Source: Macrostomum lignano (taxonomy: Eukaryota). Taken from it: a stretch of 64,000 nucleotides of DNA. The stretch lies in assembly GCA_002269645.1 (NCBI GenBank), contig NIVC01000761.1, positions 95,152 through 159,151 on the forward strand. Reading direction: 5' to 3'. Positions 52,000 through 64,000 of this stretch are shown here, in pieces. Under the pieces are notes generated by a model. It searched no databases, was not told where the DNA came from, and saw only the letters and a list, made by a program, of their open reading frames with translations. Made by a program: the position numbers and the translations under genes. Position 1 is the stretch's first letter; the number at the start of each line of letters is the position of its first letter.

Positions 52000-52178
52000 G
52001 GGTCTATGAGAATTTCCTGCTAAGGTTTTCCCGGAGGGTTTTTCCTATCGTAAGTTCAAGTCAAATCCAATCGAATTCAAAAGCTAGTCTAGTTCTAATC
52101 TAGTCCAGCATTGTCTATAGACTGGAGTTGACCTGAAATTCCGACAGGAAAAACCCTGCGGGAAATTCTCGTGCTCCC
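52000..52178. mobile_element. 179-bp MITE with 8-bp TSD
   Basis: GCAGAGAT duplicated at 51992-51999 and 52179-52186; imperfect TIR GGG...GAGAATTTCC; inner inverted pair AGGGTTTTTCCT/AGGAAAAACCCT; empty site at 1532-1539. Confidence 0.75.
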
Positions 52179-53172
52179 GCAGAGATCCCAATTTAGCCCC
52201 AAATTAATGCGACTGCACTTGGAATCGAGCCTGGGCCGCTGGCACATCAGAGCGCCGCGCTGGACCTCTGGGCTACGGCCCCAATCCTTCACTCCACTTT
52301 GCGCCAACTTGTTAGTGGAAGACTGGCTCCCCTGTTCCCAACAACAGGATCTATGGGGATTTTTGAAGGGAGATGTTTCTCGTGGATGGAATTGTTTCTT
52401 CATGAAAGTTGAGCGCGATTCCTCGTATCTATTTATAGAAACACGCTTTAACGTTTTTGAGCTGGTAAAAACGTGTTTGAGTAGTAAGAACGTGTTTGAG
52501 TAGTAAAAGTTTAAATAATTGTGCAGCAAAGGCACTACAAGGAAGTATTTTCTCCAGAAAAATATTGATTGACAGCATAATTTGACAATAGGCCTGCCAG
52601 AAAATGTCGCACTTGAAAACTAGTCGCTCCAAGACACCCGTCAACAGGTGCGTGCGAGGTAGAGCTTACAGGTGCGAAATGTTGAGCGGCTGAGGTGTGG
52701 GAACGACTGGATTCAAAACCCCGATATAACTCACTAAAGTGGGATAGAAAACACCTGTATGTTAAGCAAACACTAAGAAAATTGTTTATTGGTACGGCAA
52801 TTGTTAGAAAAAATGCATCGCTTGCTTCATTCGCGTCAACTTTTCATAGAAGCCTGATTCAATTGGCAGTGACGGAAATACGCGATTTCATTCCCAGAAG
52901 AGCTTCCATGTTTTCTTTCTTCCAAGGGCTCTTCTGTTTCCAGCGCTGCCGATCTGGAAGGGGCAGACGCGCCATGCTTGCAAATGAGGCCGATGATCTC
53001 CCTAGGGGCAGGACGTGCAGGTTGTCGCCCGCCTCTGCCTCGCTTCGGCTTCGGCATCAAGGATGTTGATGTTGCATTTTCCTGAAGGTTGTGACACTGT
53101 GTTCATAGCTGGGAGTGGGTGTTCAGGGACCCCTCGCAGATGGGGCTGCATGCCCCAGGAAGGTCACACCAT

Positions 53173-53805
53173 ATGGTCCCGATTCCCCTGCTGCTGCCGC
53201 TGCTGCTGCTCCGCCGACCTGCGACCTGCTGCATTCGGCCAACCTCCTTCCACTCGATCCTCGCCTCCAACTGCGTGTCGCCAGCCCACTACCAGCGGCT
53301 CGACCTGGACATCGCCAACTGCGCCTTTCGCTGTCGCGCAGCTCCGCGGTGCCGGGCCTTCACCATGGAGGCCGGACACGCCTTGGACGCTCAGGTCTGC
53401 CTGCTGTTCTCCTTCGATGCCTGCAGCTCGCAGCTGCTGCTCGATCCCAGCTCGATGGCGAGCAGCGGCTGTTCCAGCCGGCAGCTCCGAGTCTTCGTCA
53501 AGCAGTCGGAGGGTCTCGAGCCGGGCCGGCTCTGTCCCGCCGACTATCGCTGGGTGTCCGGCGTCAGCGGCAGCAGCTTCAAGGGCTCGCTGTACAAGGC
53601 TGCTGGGAGCGGGCAGGAGGCCAGCTGGAGTGCTCAGGCCGACAGCTGCCGGAGCTTCTTGAGCAGCTCGGACGGGACCGCCATGCGGGCATCAGCTGGC
53701 CTGGCTGGAAGCGCTGGGCTGGCACCGCTGCTCTGGGCAATGGCAGCTGGGCCTGAGCGCCGAGCACTGGAGGTGGTTGAGTCTGGAAAGCAGATGATTC
53801 AATAG
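53173..53805 (+). pseudogene. PAN/Apple gene, copy 3, with a deleted and frameshifted lectin domain
   Basis: Near-identical signal and PAN region; after DGTAM the CTLD is internally deleted and the GNGSWA remnant is out of frame and ends in TGA. Could still encode a PAN-only protein. Confidence 0.7.
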
Positions 53806-54234
53806 ATGGATTCAATGCGGACAACCAGTCCAGGTTTTACAAGTCCGAGCTGAGAGATTCTCCGAGCTCCAGTCTCCATTTTGAACCTGCGAGTGCGTTG
53901 ATCCGCTTTGGCACTTCATTGCTGCCTTCATTGCTGTCGTTTTTGCGAGAACCGAGCGTAAGTGCCTCGGTCTGAACCAATCGGTGTCTGTTATACTGGT
54001 TATTAATAACAGAAAGTTTTCGTTCTTTCGAAGAAAAGCTTCCAGGATGGAGTGTAAAAATACTAAAAAGCTGAGAACTACATTGTTATACTCAAGTATT
54101 CAGATTCGGCATGGCCGAGTTTCTGAGATAACTAAAATTCCAGAAAATACGAAGTCCGGTAAGACGAAGTCGTGAATCGATTTGTGCCAGCATTTTTCCA
54201 TCCCACACAGTTACTCCCCTACCCTGAAGACACC

Positions 54235-54830
54235 CACCCACTCTCTGTTATTTCCTAACCCAAGGACACCCACCCCACTCCCTGTTACTCCCTACCCCAA
54301 GGACACTCCACCCCACTCCCTGTTACTCCCTACCCCAAGGACACTCCACCCCACTCCCTGTTACTCCCTACCCCAAGGACACTCCACCCCACTCCCTGTT
54401 ACTCCCTACCCCAAGGACACTCCACCCCACTCCCTGTTATTTCCTACCCGAAAAACACCCACCCCACTCCCTGTTATTTCCTACCCGAAAAACACCCACC
54501 CCACTCCCTGTTATTTCCTACCCGAAAAACACCCACCCCACTCCCTGTTATTTCCTACCCGAAAAACACCCACCCCACTCCCTGTTATTTCCTACCCGAA
54601 AAACACCCACCCCACTCCCTGTTATTTCCTACCCGAAAGACACCCACCCACTCCCTGTTATTTCCTACCCGAAAAACACCCACCCCACTCCCTGTTATTT
54701 CCTACCCGAAAAACACCCACCCCACTCCCTGTTATTTCCTACCCGAAAAACACCCAACCCACTCCCTGTTATTCCCTCACCCCATTCCACTCATTGTTAT
54801 TTTCCTACCCTAAAGACACCCACCCCACTT
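54235..54830. repeat. ~37-bp minisatellite CCCACTCCCTGTTATTTCCTACCCGAAAAACACCCAC
   Basis: Tandem copies. Confidence 0.92.
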
Positions 54831-55679
54831 TCTTTATAATTGTATCAGTTACACGTGAATAATAGTTTGTAGTCAATCGATATTATAAAAACAAGATAGT
54901 TTAATATTATAGTTTTCAGTAGCAAAAACCTACTAAACATACATGGAAGCGATGCTTTGAGCAATTATAAAAAAATAGCGTTTTACTGTCTCGGGCATCA
55001 AGACTACATACGAGCTCGAAAAATTACCGCAGGTGAGTCCAGCTCAAATAAAAATGGAATTAATTTACATGTCCAAGTTGTTGTGCTGCTAAAAGTTTAA
55101 AGCTAAAAGCTATTATGTACATTCGGTACATAATACATCCCTACGCGGCTAAGTGTCAATCAATGAGAAATAAAAACTCAAAAATAGCTTGGCCCCTAGA
55201 AGTGGATCTGGCCATGCAGATTAACTGAGTGCTAATAAGTAACAGTCTTGTTAATGAGGATACAATAGAAAAAACTACAATGCATTACAAACAATGACAG
55301 CTAAACCAGAGCTGTTGAAACATGATGCAGTTATTGAGCAAAGCAAGGGCTGTCAACGCAAGAAAGCAGTTTGTAATTAAATTGGACAATAGAGAAGTCG
55401 ACAATCAGACAATTAGACAAGTACAGATAAGGAAAACTGCATAGCACACGTTGAACTAAGCTATGCGATAAATTCACAGCAATTCAATAAAAATTAAGGA
55501 AGCATTGATAATAATGTTAGCACCAAAGCTACGTCCAATATGATTTGGATAAAGATTTTTGCTCAAAAATAGGTTTTTAAAATTTCCGATAAGTACTTCG
55601 TTGTCAAACTAGTCAGCACAAATTAAAGAAAACAGTTACATAATTGTATTAAAACCTAAAATTCGCACAATCAACTTCT

Positions 55680-55950
55680 CACCCCACCGACACCCACATC
55701 ACGCCACTGACTTTCCTATCCCTCCGACACCCACCTCACACCATTGACTTTCCTACCCCTTCGACACCCACCTCACGCCATTGACTTTCCTACCCCTTCG
55801 ACACCCACCTCACGCCATTGACTTTCCTACCCCTTCGACACTCAGCTCACGCCATTGACTTTCCTACCCCTTCGGCACCCACCTCACGCCATTGACTTTC
55901 CTACCCCTCCGAGATCGACCTCTCGGCACTGATTTTCCTATCCCTCCAAT
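55680..55950. repeat. 37-bp minisatellite CCACCTCACGCCATTGACTTTCCTACCCCTTCGACAC
   Basis: Tandem copies. Confidence 0.9.
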
Positions 55951-56181
55951 ACCTCATACATCGTACACTTTATACTTACTGTAAACCCCACGACTGCTGC
56001 CTTTATTTGGCTTGACCAAACCCCCCTCTTTGGTCAACTAAAAATCAACGAAGCAATAACCACACCGATTGTTTATCGTATTTTTTGAACAAGCAAAGCA
56101 ATTAAGATAAAGTTTGATTCAATTGTAACAAACTGGCCGCTTAGTTATAATGGTTGGCGACCCGATTCAATCAAAAAGCAA

Positions 56182-59100
56182 CTAAAGCTCTCCCTGAGAC
56201 CGCGGGCTGCTCATAAGGCTGTTGAGACCCGCGCGAGCTTCTTCCAGGTTAGCACGAGTCTGCCGCAGCATGTCCAAGTCGGCCGATGCACTGCAAACCG
56301 GGATTTTTGAAGGGGACACAGGCTCTTTGGTAATGAGCTCGTAATTAATCTAGTTTATAACGACAATAGTTTAAGCATTCTCACCTGCTAGCTGGCTCCA
56401 CACCTCTTGATCTGTCGCTTGTAACCTGCAGCTGCCTGTAACGCTGCCTGTGCTGACGGAGATTCTCGTCCACTGTCTGCACCAGATGGAATTCAAGATC
56501 ACATAGCATTACTTATCAATTTTTTCTGAAAAAGCTTTTTAATTCCTTGTCCTTCACCCACCACGCCCTGTGATTTTCTACCCCAACTGCACCCACCCCC
56601 ATTACCTCATACTCTGTGACTTTCTACCCTAACTGCACCCACCCCATCACCCCATTCCCTATGATTTTCTACCCCTACTGCACCCACCCCATCACCCCAT
56701 ACCCTATGATTTTCTACCCCAACTGCACCCACCCCATCACCCCATACCCTATGATTTTCTACCCCAACTGAACCCACCCCCTCACCCCATACCCTGTGAT
56801 TTTCTACCCCAACTGAACCCACCCCCCTCACCCCATACCCTGTAATTTACTACCCCAACTGAACCCACCCCCCCTCACCCCATACCCTGTAAGTTACTAC
56901 CCCAACTGCACCCACCCCAACTTTCTACCCCTACAGCATCCACCTCACTATGAAAAGGTATAGAAGTAAACTCTAAACTATAATAGTGACGATGTAGGGC
57001 AAAAAATATACGTATTTAGATAACATGCAACTACGATAGTTAAAAAATCCAAGCAAATGAAAAACAGTGACGTAAAACAGTTCTTACACAGAACGGCAAA
57101 TCGGTAAATTGCGACTACTTCAACTAGTTAATATGTTACTAACTCACTACTGGTTAGTAAAGTCAAGGAATTGTACAGTACAGTAGATACGATGACGTTA
57201 AAGCTATTGGCAAACTGTATGAATAGCACAAATCACAGCGGCATCAACAGGACATCTGATTTCTTTTGATCACAACTTTTAGGTTAGTAAAAGCTCCAGA
57301 GAAGTTCATCTATCAGGCGGAGACTTACACTCGGCAGCTCTGCTGCACTTCTGTTGGCCGTCACGAGAGCCGCCGCGACAATCTTACGAGATTAAAAATC
57401 AAATTTTAAGCAATTAAACATAGTAGCAAAATGCCAAGCATTTGTTTTAACGTGTCCAACTAGATAATTTAGCGTACTCAAAGCCGAAGCATGACCAAGC
57501 AATTATTCAAATGCAGGCTAGTATCAGGACGTAAATGTCACCTTTTTTAGATTTATATGAAGGCCTAATTCTGGCTAGAATGAACTACAAGTAGCCACAC
57601 AAATTTTCAGAAATACAGCACTCATAAGTAGGTCATTGATACTACTATTTAAGCTTTTATAACAATAGTAGTGTGAACTGACATTTATTCTACTAGATTC
57701 ATAGGATTGAAACTCCCTGTAAATTGAATTCGCGGTTAAAAGACAAACTTTTATCACCAGTCACCATATTTCTTTTCACTCTGAGGAGCTGGCATAAAAG
57801 AAGCAATTAGATCAATGCGTGTACACCTATTGTGTCTTGTTGCCTCAAAGCAAGCCATTTAGATGCAGCTGCGTACAAGCTGAGTAGTGATATTTAAAGT
57901 AGCTGAATAACACAGTGAGAATAGCAGAGGCAGTTCAAGGAAAGTGGCCCACCTGAGATATCCGAGCCGATCTGTTGATCGCATCCAGCGCCGACCCCGT
58001 GCGGATGGCAGGGCGGCCCGATCGGTCTAGGAAGGACGCGGTGGCGGTCACAGTTCGACGCGGCGGGCGCGTTCGGTAAATTGGCAGCGGCGGCGGTGGC
58101 GGCGGCGGTGCTGCTTGAGAAGCAGCGGCCTGCTCGGCTAGACTAGTCGACGAAGTCGACTCTTGAGACCGACGATGATAATCACCGCCAGCTGCAGTGC
58201 CAGCCTGAGCATTCCCAGACTCTGCCGTTGGTGCTTTCGGTACTGTTGTCGCCGTCGTTGTCGCTGAAGCCGCCGCTGACGAATGCTCTGAAGGCTCGAC
58301 TGTCTGTTCAGCAACAATCGGCCGCAGCAGTTTGCTCCTCTCCGCTGTGAGTTTGCGCGCGTAGTTTGTGGCGCCGGAAGCCGGCTCGGCTGCGGGAGAG
58401 CGCGTTCCAGCCAGCTGACATTGCGACAGTAGGCGCGTCGCCTCCAACTGAGAGTTGGCAAACTGTCTCTCTCTCTTGAACATCTCCATCTGGGTGCGCC
58501 ACTCTTGATTTCGGATTTCCATGCGCAGTTGGTTGATGCGCGGATTCGGCTGGGTCAGTGGCTCCGCCGGTCTTCCACGGGCTGGAGTTTGCTGAACGGT
58601 TGTGCGAACTGAAGCCGCCACTTCCACCGTGCGCTGTTGTTCCGGCTCAGGCTCAGGCGATGGAGCTCGTGTCGGCTCTGGAGAGCTGTCTACAGTCTCA
58701 AGCAGCAGGTCTGTCTGGCCTCGAATATAGTTCAACTGCGCTTCAATCATCTCTTCCAAGTGCGACATCGGTTCAGGTCTAGCATAATGAAATCACAAAC
58801 ACCACGACTTGATCGTGGAGTTCCTGTCTCGGCATCTGTAGACACTGAAATCTCCCGGGTTCTACGGGGCTGCCTCTGCGTCTCAGAAGAAGCAGCCTCG
58901 GCAGGCCTGCCGACAACCAGAGCGTCAATTTGCTCAACCGATCGAGAACGCACAAGTTGAGACTCCGAGCAACCAAGCGAGGGCGGCAGGCGACCAATAT
59001 CGCGCGACGACTGCGATTGGCGATTGTTGGCACTCTGGTCTAACAAGCCCGGCGAAGCAGTTGCTGGCGTCTCTTGTGAACTGCCGAGACTGTCGGAAAT

Positions 59101-62100
59101 AGCTAACGCAGGAACCAGGAGACTGGTCTCAGTTACACGGTCTGGCATCGAGGCAAACGACATACGACGATCGTCCTCAACGGGAATATTTTGAAGAGAC
59201 AGAGACAGCCGGCCCGAATCCTCCCATTGATCACTTTCATCGCGGACTTCCAGCTTCTCTGTCTGGGTAGCACATTCAATAACAGTCTTTACCTTTGCAC
59301 TGTCTTGAGAAGGTATAGTGGGCGAAAAACCGGGAGAGCTCCTAGCCACAGGCATTGCCGTAGCAATACTAGACGGCTGTTCAGTAGCTTCTAAGAGACT
59401 ATCGGAAACTCGACATTCAGAGTCTAACACTGCATTCAAAACGCCAGCTGATGTTTTTTGTCCAGGCATAGACGATATCACCTCTGAGGTCTGGGTGCTA
59501 CCAAAGAATGGAACAATGTCTAATTCATTGACATCAGAAAAAGCGATTTCAACCTCATCTGGGAGTCCTTTCATCTTATCTAGTGGTCGTTCTAAGAGTT
59601 GATGCACCTCAACGTCATCTAAGGATTCTTTCATATTATCGGTCAATTTCTCTAGGGCAAGGGCGTCCTTGTCGAGGCCAGCCTTCTCAGCGGCACTCTT
59701 GTCGAGCGGTCCCTCCGAGGCTTGACGCAAAGCGTCGCTCAGCGCGTTCTGCTCCTCGGGAGTGAGATCGGCCGTTTTGCCGCTCTCCTTGGCGTCATGC
59801 GTCTTTTGCATTGCCTTGGCTAGAGCGCCGTCGTCAGCAGATGGCTCGCCGTCGCTTGGCTGGCCAATAGCCTCCAAAATGTCTTTGGCCGTGTCGGCGT
59901 CCACCTGTCCGCCTGACCTTTCCAGCTCGGTTAGAGCCTGTCGGCTTTCATCGGCTTTTTGCACTTTGTCGCGTCCCTCCTCGACCATCTTGGCCACCTT
60001 GCCGAGCGCTTCAAGCTGCTCCGGACTGACCGTGTCGCCAGCCTTCTTGTTCTCGAGAGCGTTCAGCACAGTGAGCGCGTTGCGCGCCTCAGCGTCGGAT
60101 AGGCCAATACTCTCCGGGTCCTCTTCGAGAACCTTCCTCATCGCGCTGGCGCTCTCGGTTAGACTATCAGCCTGGTCGTCGTTCAGCTTCTTGTCCTTGC
60201 CGTCGCTGGCTAGCCATGAGAGTGCCTTCAGCGTATCGGCCGCATTCTCGGCGTCCTCAACTGCGGCGGCCTTCTCTGCGTCGCGCAGAGACTCGGCCGA
60301 CTCGCCCTCCTTTCGCTTCTTGTCGGCCTTCTTCTTCTTTTTGTTCAGCAGCTAGCGCTTTGGCCAGCTGAGCGCGTCCTCGTCGGTCAGCTCGTCCAAC
60401 GGACGATCCTTGATGCGCTGCAGCGTCGCTGCTAGCATTTCTCGCTCCTCGTCACTTAGGCCGCTTGCGTCGGACCCAAGCACCTCATCGAGTGCGTTCA
60501 CTGCGTCGCCGACCGCTTTGCGCTCTTCCTCAGTCAGGTCGCCAGCCTTGACGCCGCGTCGCTTCAGCACGTCTTCGGCAAGCTTCAGTGCGCCAAGGGC
60601 GTCCTTGTCGAGGCCAGCCTTCTCAGCGGCACTCTTGTCGAGCGGTCCCTCCGAGGCTTGACGCAAAGCGTCGCTCAGCGCGTTCTGCTCCTCGGGAGTG
60701 AGATCGGCCGTTTTGCCGCTCTCCTTGGCGTCATGCGTCTTTTGCATTGCCTTGGCTAGAGCGCCGTCGTCAGCAGATGGCTCGCCGTCGCTTGGCTGGC
60801 CAATAGCCTCCAAAATGTCTTTGGCCGTGTCGGCGTCCACCTGTCCGCCTGACCTTTCCAGCTCGGTTAGAGCCTGTCGGCTTCATCGGCTTTTTGCACT
60901 TTGTCGCGTCCCTCCTCGACCATCTTGGCCACCTTGCCGAGCGCTTCAAGCTGCTCCGGACTGACCGTGTCGCCAGCCTTCTTGTTCTCGAGAGCGTTCA
61001 GCACAGTGAGCGCGTTGCGCGCCTCAGCGTCGGATAGGCCAATACTCTCCGGGTCCTCTTCGAGAACCTTCCTCATCGCGCTGGCGCTCTCGGTTAGACT
61101 ATCAGCCTGGTCGTCGTTCAGCTTCTTGTCCTTGCCGTCGCTGGCTAGCCATGAGAGTGCCTTCAGCGTATCGGCCGCATTCTCGGCGTCCTCAACTGCG
61201 GCGGCCTTCTCTGCGTCGCGCAGAGACTCGGCCGACTCGCCCTCCTTTCGCTTCTTGTCGGCCTTCTTCTTCTTTTTGTTCAGCATAGCTAGCGCTTTGG
61301 CCAGCTGAGCGCGGTCCTCGTCGGTCAGCTCGTCCAACGGACGATCCTTGATACGCTGCAGCGTCGCTGCTAGCATTTCTCGCTCCTCGTCACTTAGGCC
61401 GCTTGCGTCGGACCCAAGCACCTCATCGAGTGCGTTCACTGCGTCGCCGACCGCTTTGCGCTCTTCCTCAGTCAGGTCGCCAGCCTTGACGCCGCGTCGC
61501 TTCAGCACGTCTTCGGCAAGCTTCAGTGCGCCAAGGGCGTCCTTGTCGAGGCCAGCCTTCTCAGCGGCACTCTTGTCGAGCGGTCCCTCCGAGGCTTGAC
61601 GCAAAGCGTCGCTCAGCGCGTTCTGCTCCTCGGAGTGAGATCGGCCGTTTTGCCGCTCTCCTTGGCGTCATGCGTCTTTTGCATTGCCTTGGCTAGAGCG
61701 CCGTCGTCAGCAGATGGCTCGCCGTCGCTTGGCTGGCCAATAGCCTCCAAAATGTCTTGGCCGTGTCGGCGTCCACCTGTCCGCCTGACCTTTCCAGCTC
61801 GGTTAGAGCCTGTCGGCTTTCATCGGCTTTTTGCACTTTGTCGCGTCCCTCCTCGACCATCTTGGCCACCTTGCCGAGCGCTTCAAGCTGCTCCGGACTG
61901 ACCGTGTCGCCAGCCTTCTTGTTCTCGAGAGCGTTCAGCACAGTGAGCGCGTTGCGCGCCTCAGCGTCGGATAGGCCAATACTCTCCGGGTCCTCTTCGA
62001 GAACCTTCCTCATCGCGCTGGCGCTCTCGGTTAGACTATCAGCCTGGTCGTCGTTCAGCTTCTTGTCCTTGCCGTCGCTGGCTAGCCATGAGAGTGCCTT

Positions 62101-64000
62101 CAGCGTATCGGCCGCATTCTCGGCGTCCTCAACTGCGGCGGCCTTCTCTGCGTCGCGCAGAGACTCGGCCGACTCGCCCTCCTTTCGCTTCTTGTCGGCC
62201 TTCTTCTTCTTTTTGTTCAGCATAGCTAGCGCTTTGGCCAGCTGAGCGCGGTCCTCGTCGGTCAGCTCGTCCAACGGACGATCCTTGATGCGCTGCAGCG
62301 TCGCTGCTAGCATTTCTCGCTCCTCGTCACTTAGGCCGCTTGCGTCGGACCCAAGCACCTCATCGAGTGCGTTCACTGCGTCGCCGACCGCTTTGCGCTC
62401 TTCCTCAGTCAGGTCGCCAGCCTTGACGCCGCGTCGCTTCAGCACGTCTTCGGCAAGCTTCAGTGCGCCAAGGGCGTCCTTGTCGAGGCCAGCCTTCTCA
62501 GCGGCACTCTTGTCGAGCGGTCCCTCCGAGGCTTGACGCAAAGCGTCGCTCAGCGCGTTCTGCTCCTCGGGAGTGAGATCGGCCGTTTTGCCGCTCTCCT
62601 TGGCGTCATGCGTCTTTTGCATTGCCTTGGCTAGAGCGCCGTCGTCAGCAGATGGCTCGCCGTCGCTTGGCTGGCCAATAGCCTCCAAAATGTCTTTGGC
62701 CGTGTCGGCGTCCACCTGTCCGCCTGACCTTTCCAGCTCGGTTAGAGCCTGTCGGCTTTCATCGGCTTTTTGCACTTTGTCGCGTCCCTCCTCGACCATC
62801 TTGGCCACCTTGCCGAGCGCTTCAAGCTGCTCCGGACTGACCGTGTCGCCAGCCTTCTTGTTCTCGAGAGCGTTCAGCACAGTGAGCGCGTTGCGCGCCT
62901 CAGCGTCGGATAGGCCAATACTCTCCGGGTCCTCTTCGAGAACCTTCCTCATCGCGCTGGCGCTCTCGGTTAGACTATCAGCCTGGTCGTCGTTCAGCTT
63001 CTTGTCCTTGCCGTCGCTGGCTAGCCATGAGAGTGCCTTCAGCGTATCGGCCGCATTCTCGGCGTCCTCAACTGCGGCGGCCTTCTCTGCGTCGCGCAGA
63101 GACTCGGCCGACTCGCCCTCCTTTCGCTTCTTGTCGGCCTTCTTCTTCTTTTTGTTCAGCATAGCTAGCGCTTTGGCCAGCTGAGCGCGGTCCTCGTCGG
63201 TCAGCTCGTCCAACGGACGATCCTTGATACGCTGCAGCGTCGCTGCTAGCATTTCTCGCTCCTCGTCACTTAGGCCGCTTGCGTCGGACCCAAGCACCTC
63301 ATCGAGTGCGTTCACTGCGTCGCCGACCGCTTTGCGCTCTTCCTCAGTCAGGTCGCCAGCCTTGACGCCGCGTCGCTTCAGCACGTCTTCGGCAAGCTTC
63401 AGTGCGCCAAGGGCGTCCTTGTCGAGGCCAGCCTTCTCAGCGGCACTCTTGTCGAGCGGTCCCTCCGAGGCTTGACGCAAAGCGTCGCTCAGCGCGTTCT
63501 GCTCCTCGGGAGTGAGATCGGCCTTTTGCCGCTCTCCTTGGCGTCATGCGTCTTTTGCATTGCCTTGGCTAGAGCGCCGTCGTCAGCAGATGGCTCGCCG
63601 TCGCTTGGCTGGCCAATAGCCTCCAAAATGTCTTTGGCCGTGTCGGCGTCCACCTGTCCGCCTGACCTTTCCAGCTCGGTTAGAGCCTGTCGGCTTTCAT
63701 CGGCTTTTTGCACTTTGTCGCGTCCCTCCTCGACCATCTTGGCCACCTTGCCGAGCGCTTCAAGCTGCTCCGGACTGACCGTGTCGCCAGCCTTCTTGTT
63801 CTCGAGAGCGTTCAGCACAGTGAGCGCGTTGCGCGCCTCAGCGTCGGATAGGCCAAGACTCTCCGGGTCCTCTTCGAGAACCTTCCTCATCGCGCTGGCG
63901 CTCTCGGTTAGACTATCAGCCTGGTCGTCGTTCAGCTTCTTGTCCTTGCCGTCGCTGGCTAGCCATGAGAGTGCCTTCAGCGTATCGGCCGCATTCTCGG
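56182..64000 (-). CDS. 3' part of a giant protein: tandem 313-aa helical repeats, Ser/Pro-rich disordered region, short coiled-coil C-terminus
   Basis: Large exon >64000-57953 (ends RISQ|GTGGGC), then exons 57382-57329, 56476-56385 and 56290-56182 (phases 0, 0, 2; ends LEEARAGLNSLMSSPRSQGEL*). Several 1-2 nt indels break the frame, and a frame switch near 58770 is unresolved. Confidence 0.75.
56560..56935. repeat. ~45-bp C-rich minisatellite in an intron of the giant-repeat gene
   Basis: Tandem copies of CCCAACTGCACCCACCCCATCACCCCATACCCTATGATTTTCTAC. Confidence 0.9.
59658..64000 (-). repeat. Coding tandem repeat, 939-bp unit, 4 full copies plus a partial one
   Basis: The same CAAGGGCGTCC anchor at 59658, 60594, 61532, 62469 and 63408 (spacings 936, 938, 937, 939). 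Confidence 0.95.

Noticed and set aside
59762-63475. Plus-strand ORFs in the 939-bp repeats
   Set aside because: Antisense shadows of the minus-strand coding repeat
59658-64000. Idea that the repeat gene is a flatworm adhesive protein or a bacterial contaminant
   Set aside because: The repeat is Cys-free and acidic-helical, and the gene ends in spliced GT-AG exons with an intracellular-type tail; no adhesive-type extracellular domains are seen in the window

Overview
Eukaryotic (animal) genomic DNA. The GC-rich exons, introns filled with minisatellites and scattered 1-nt homopolymer indels suggest a long-read flatworm assembly such as Macrostomum; this is inference, not verified. From left to right the window holds: exon 1 of a secreted CAP/SCP gene (-); a scratch-type Snail-family zinc-finger gene (+, 3 exons); a Nova/pasilla three-KH gene (-, with a 1-nt frameshift in KH3 that is probably an assembly error); and a 7-exon ankyrin-repeat gene of about 816 aa ending in a basic region plus CaaX (CALL) (+). 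Three intronless PAN/Apple + C-type-lectin paralogs follow (+): one intact, one split by a 3.18-kb TIR transposon that itself carries a Gypsy remnant, and one truncated. The right end is the 3' part of a giant gene (-) with at least 4.6 near-identical 939-bp (313-aa) helical repeats, TQT motifs and a coiled-coil tail. Also present: a candidate solo LTR, a BEL/Pao remnant, a 179-bp MITE whose empty site lies in the same window, and more than 30 micro/minisatellite arrays. No rRNA, tRNA or CRISPR was seen. The strongest leads are the ankyrin-CaaX protein, the 313-aa repeat protein and the diversifying PAN-CTL cluster.
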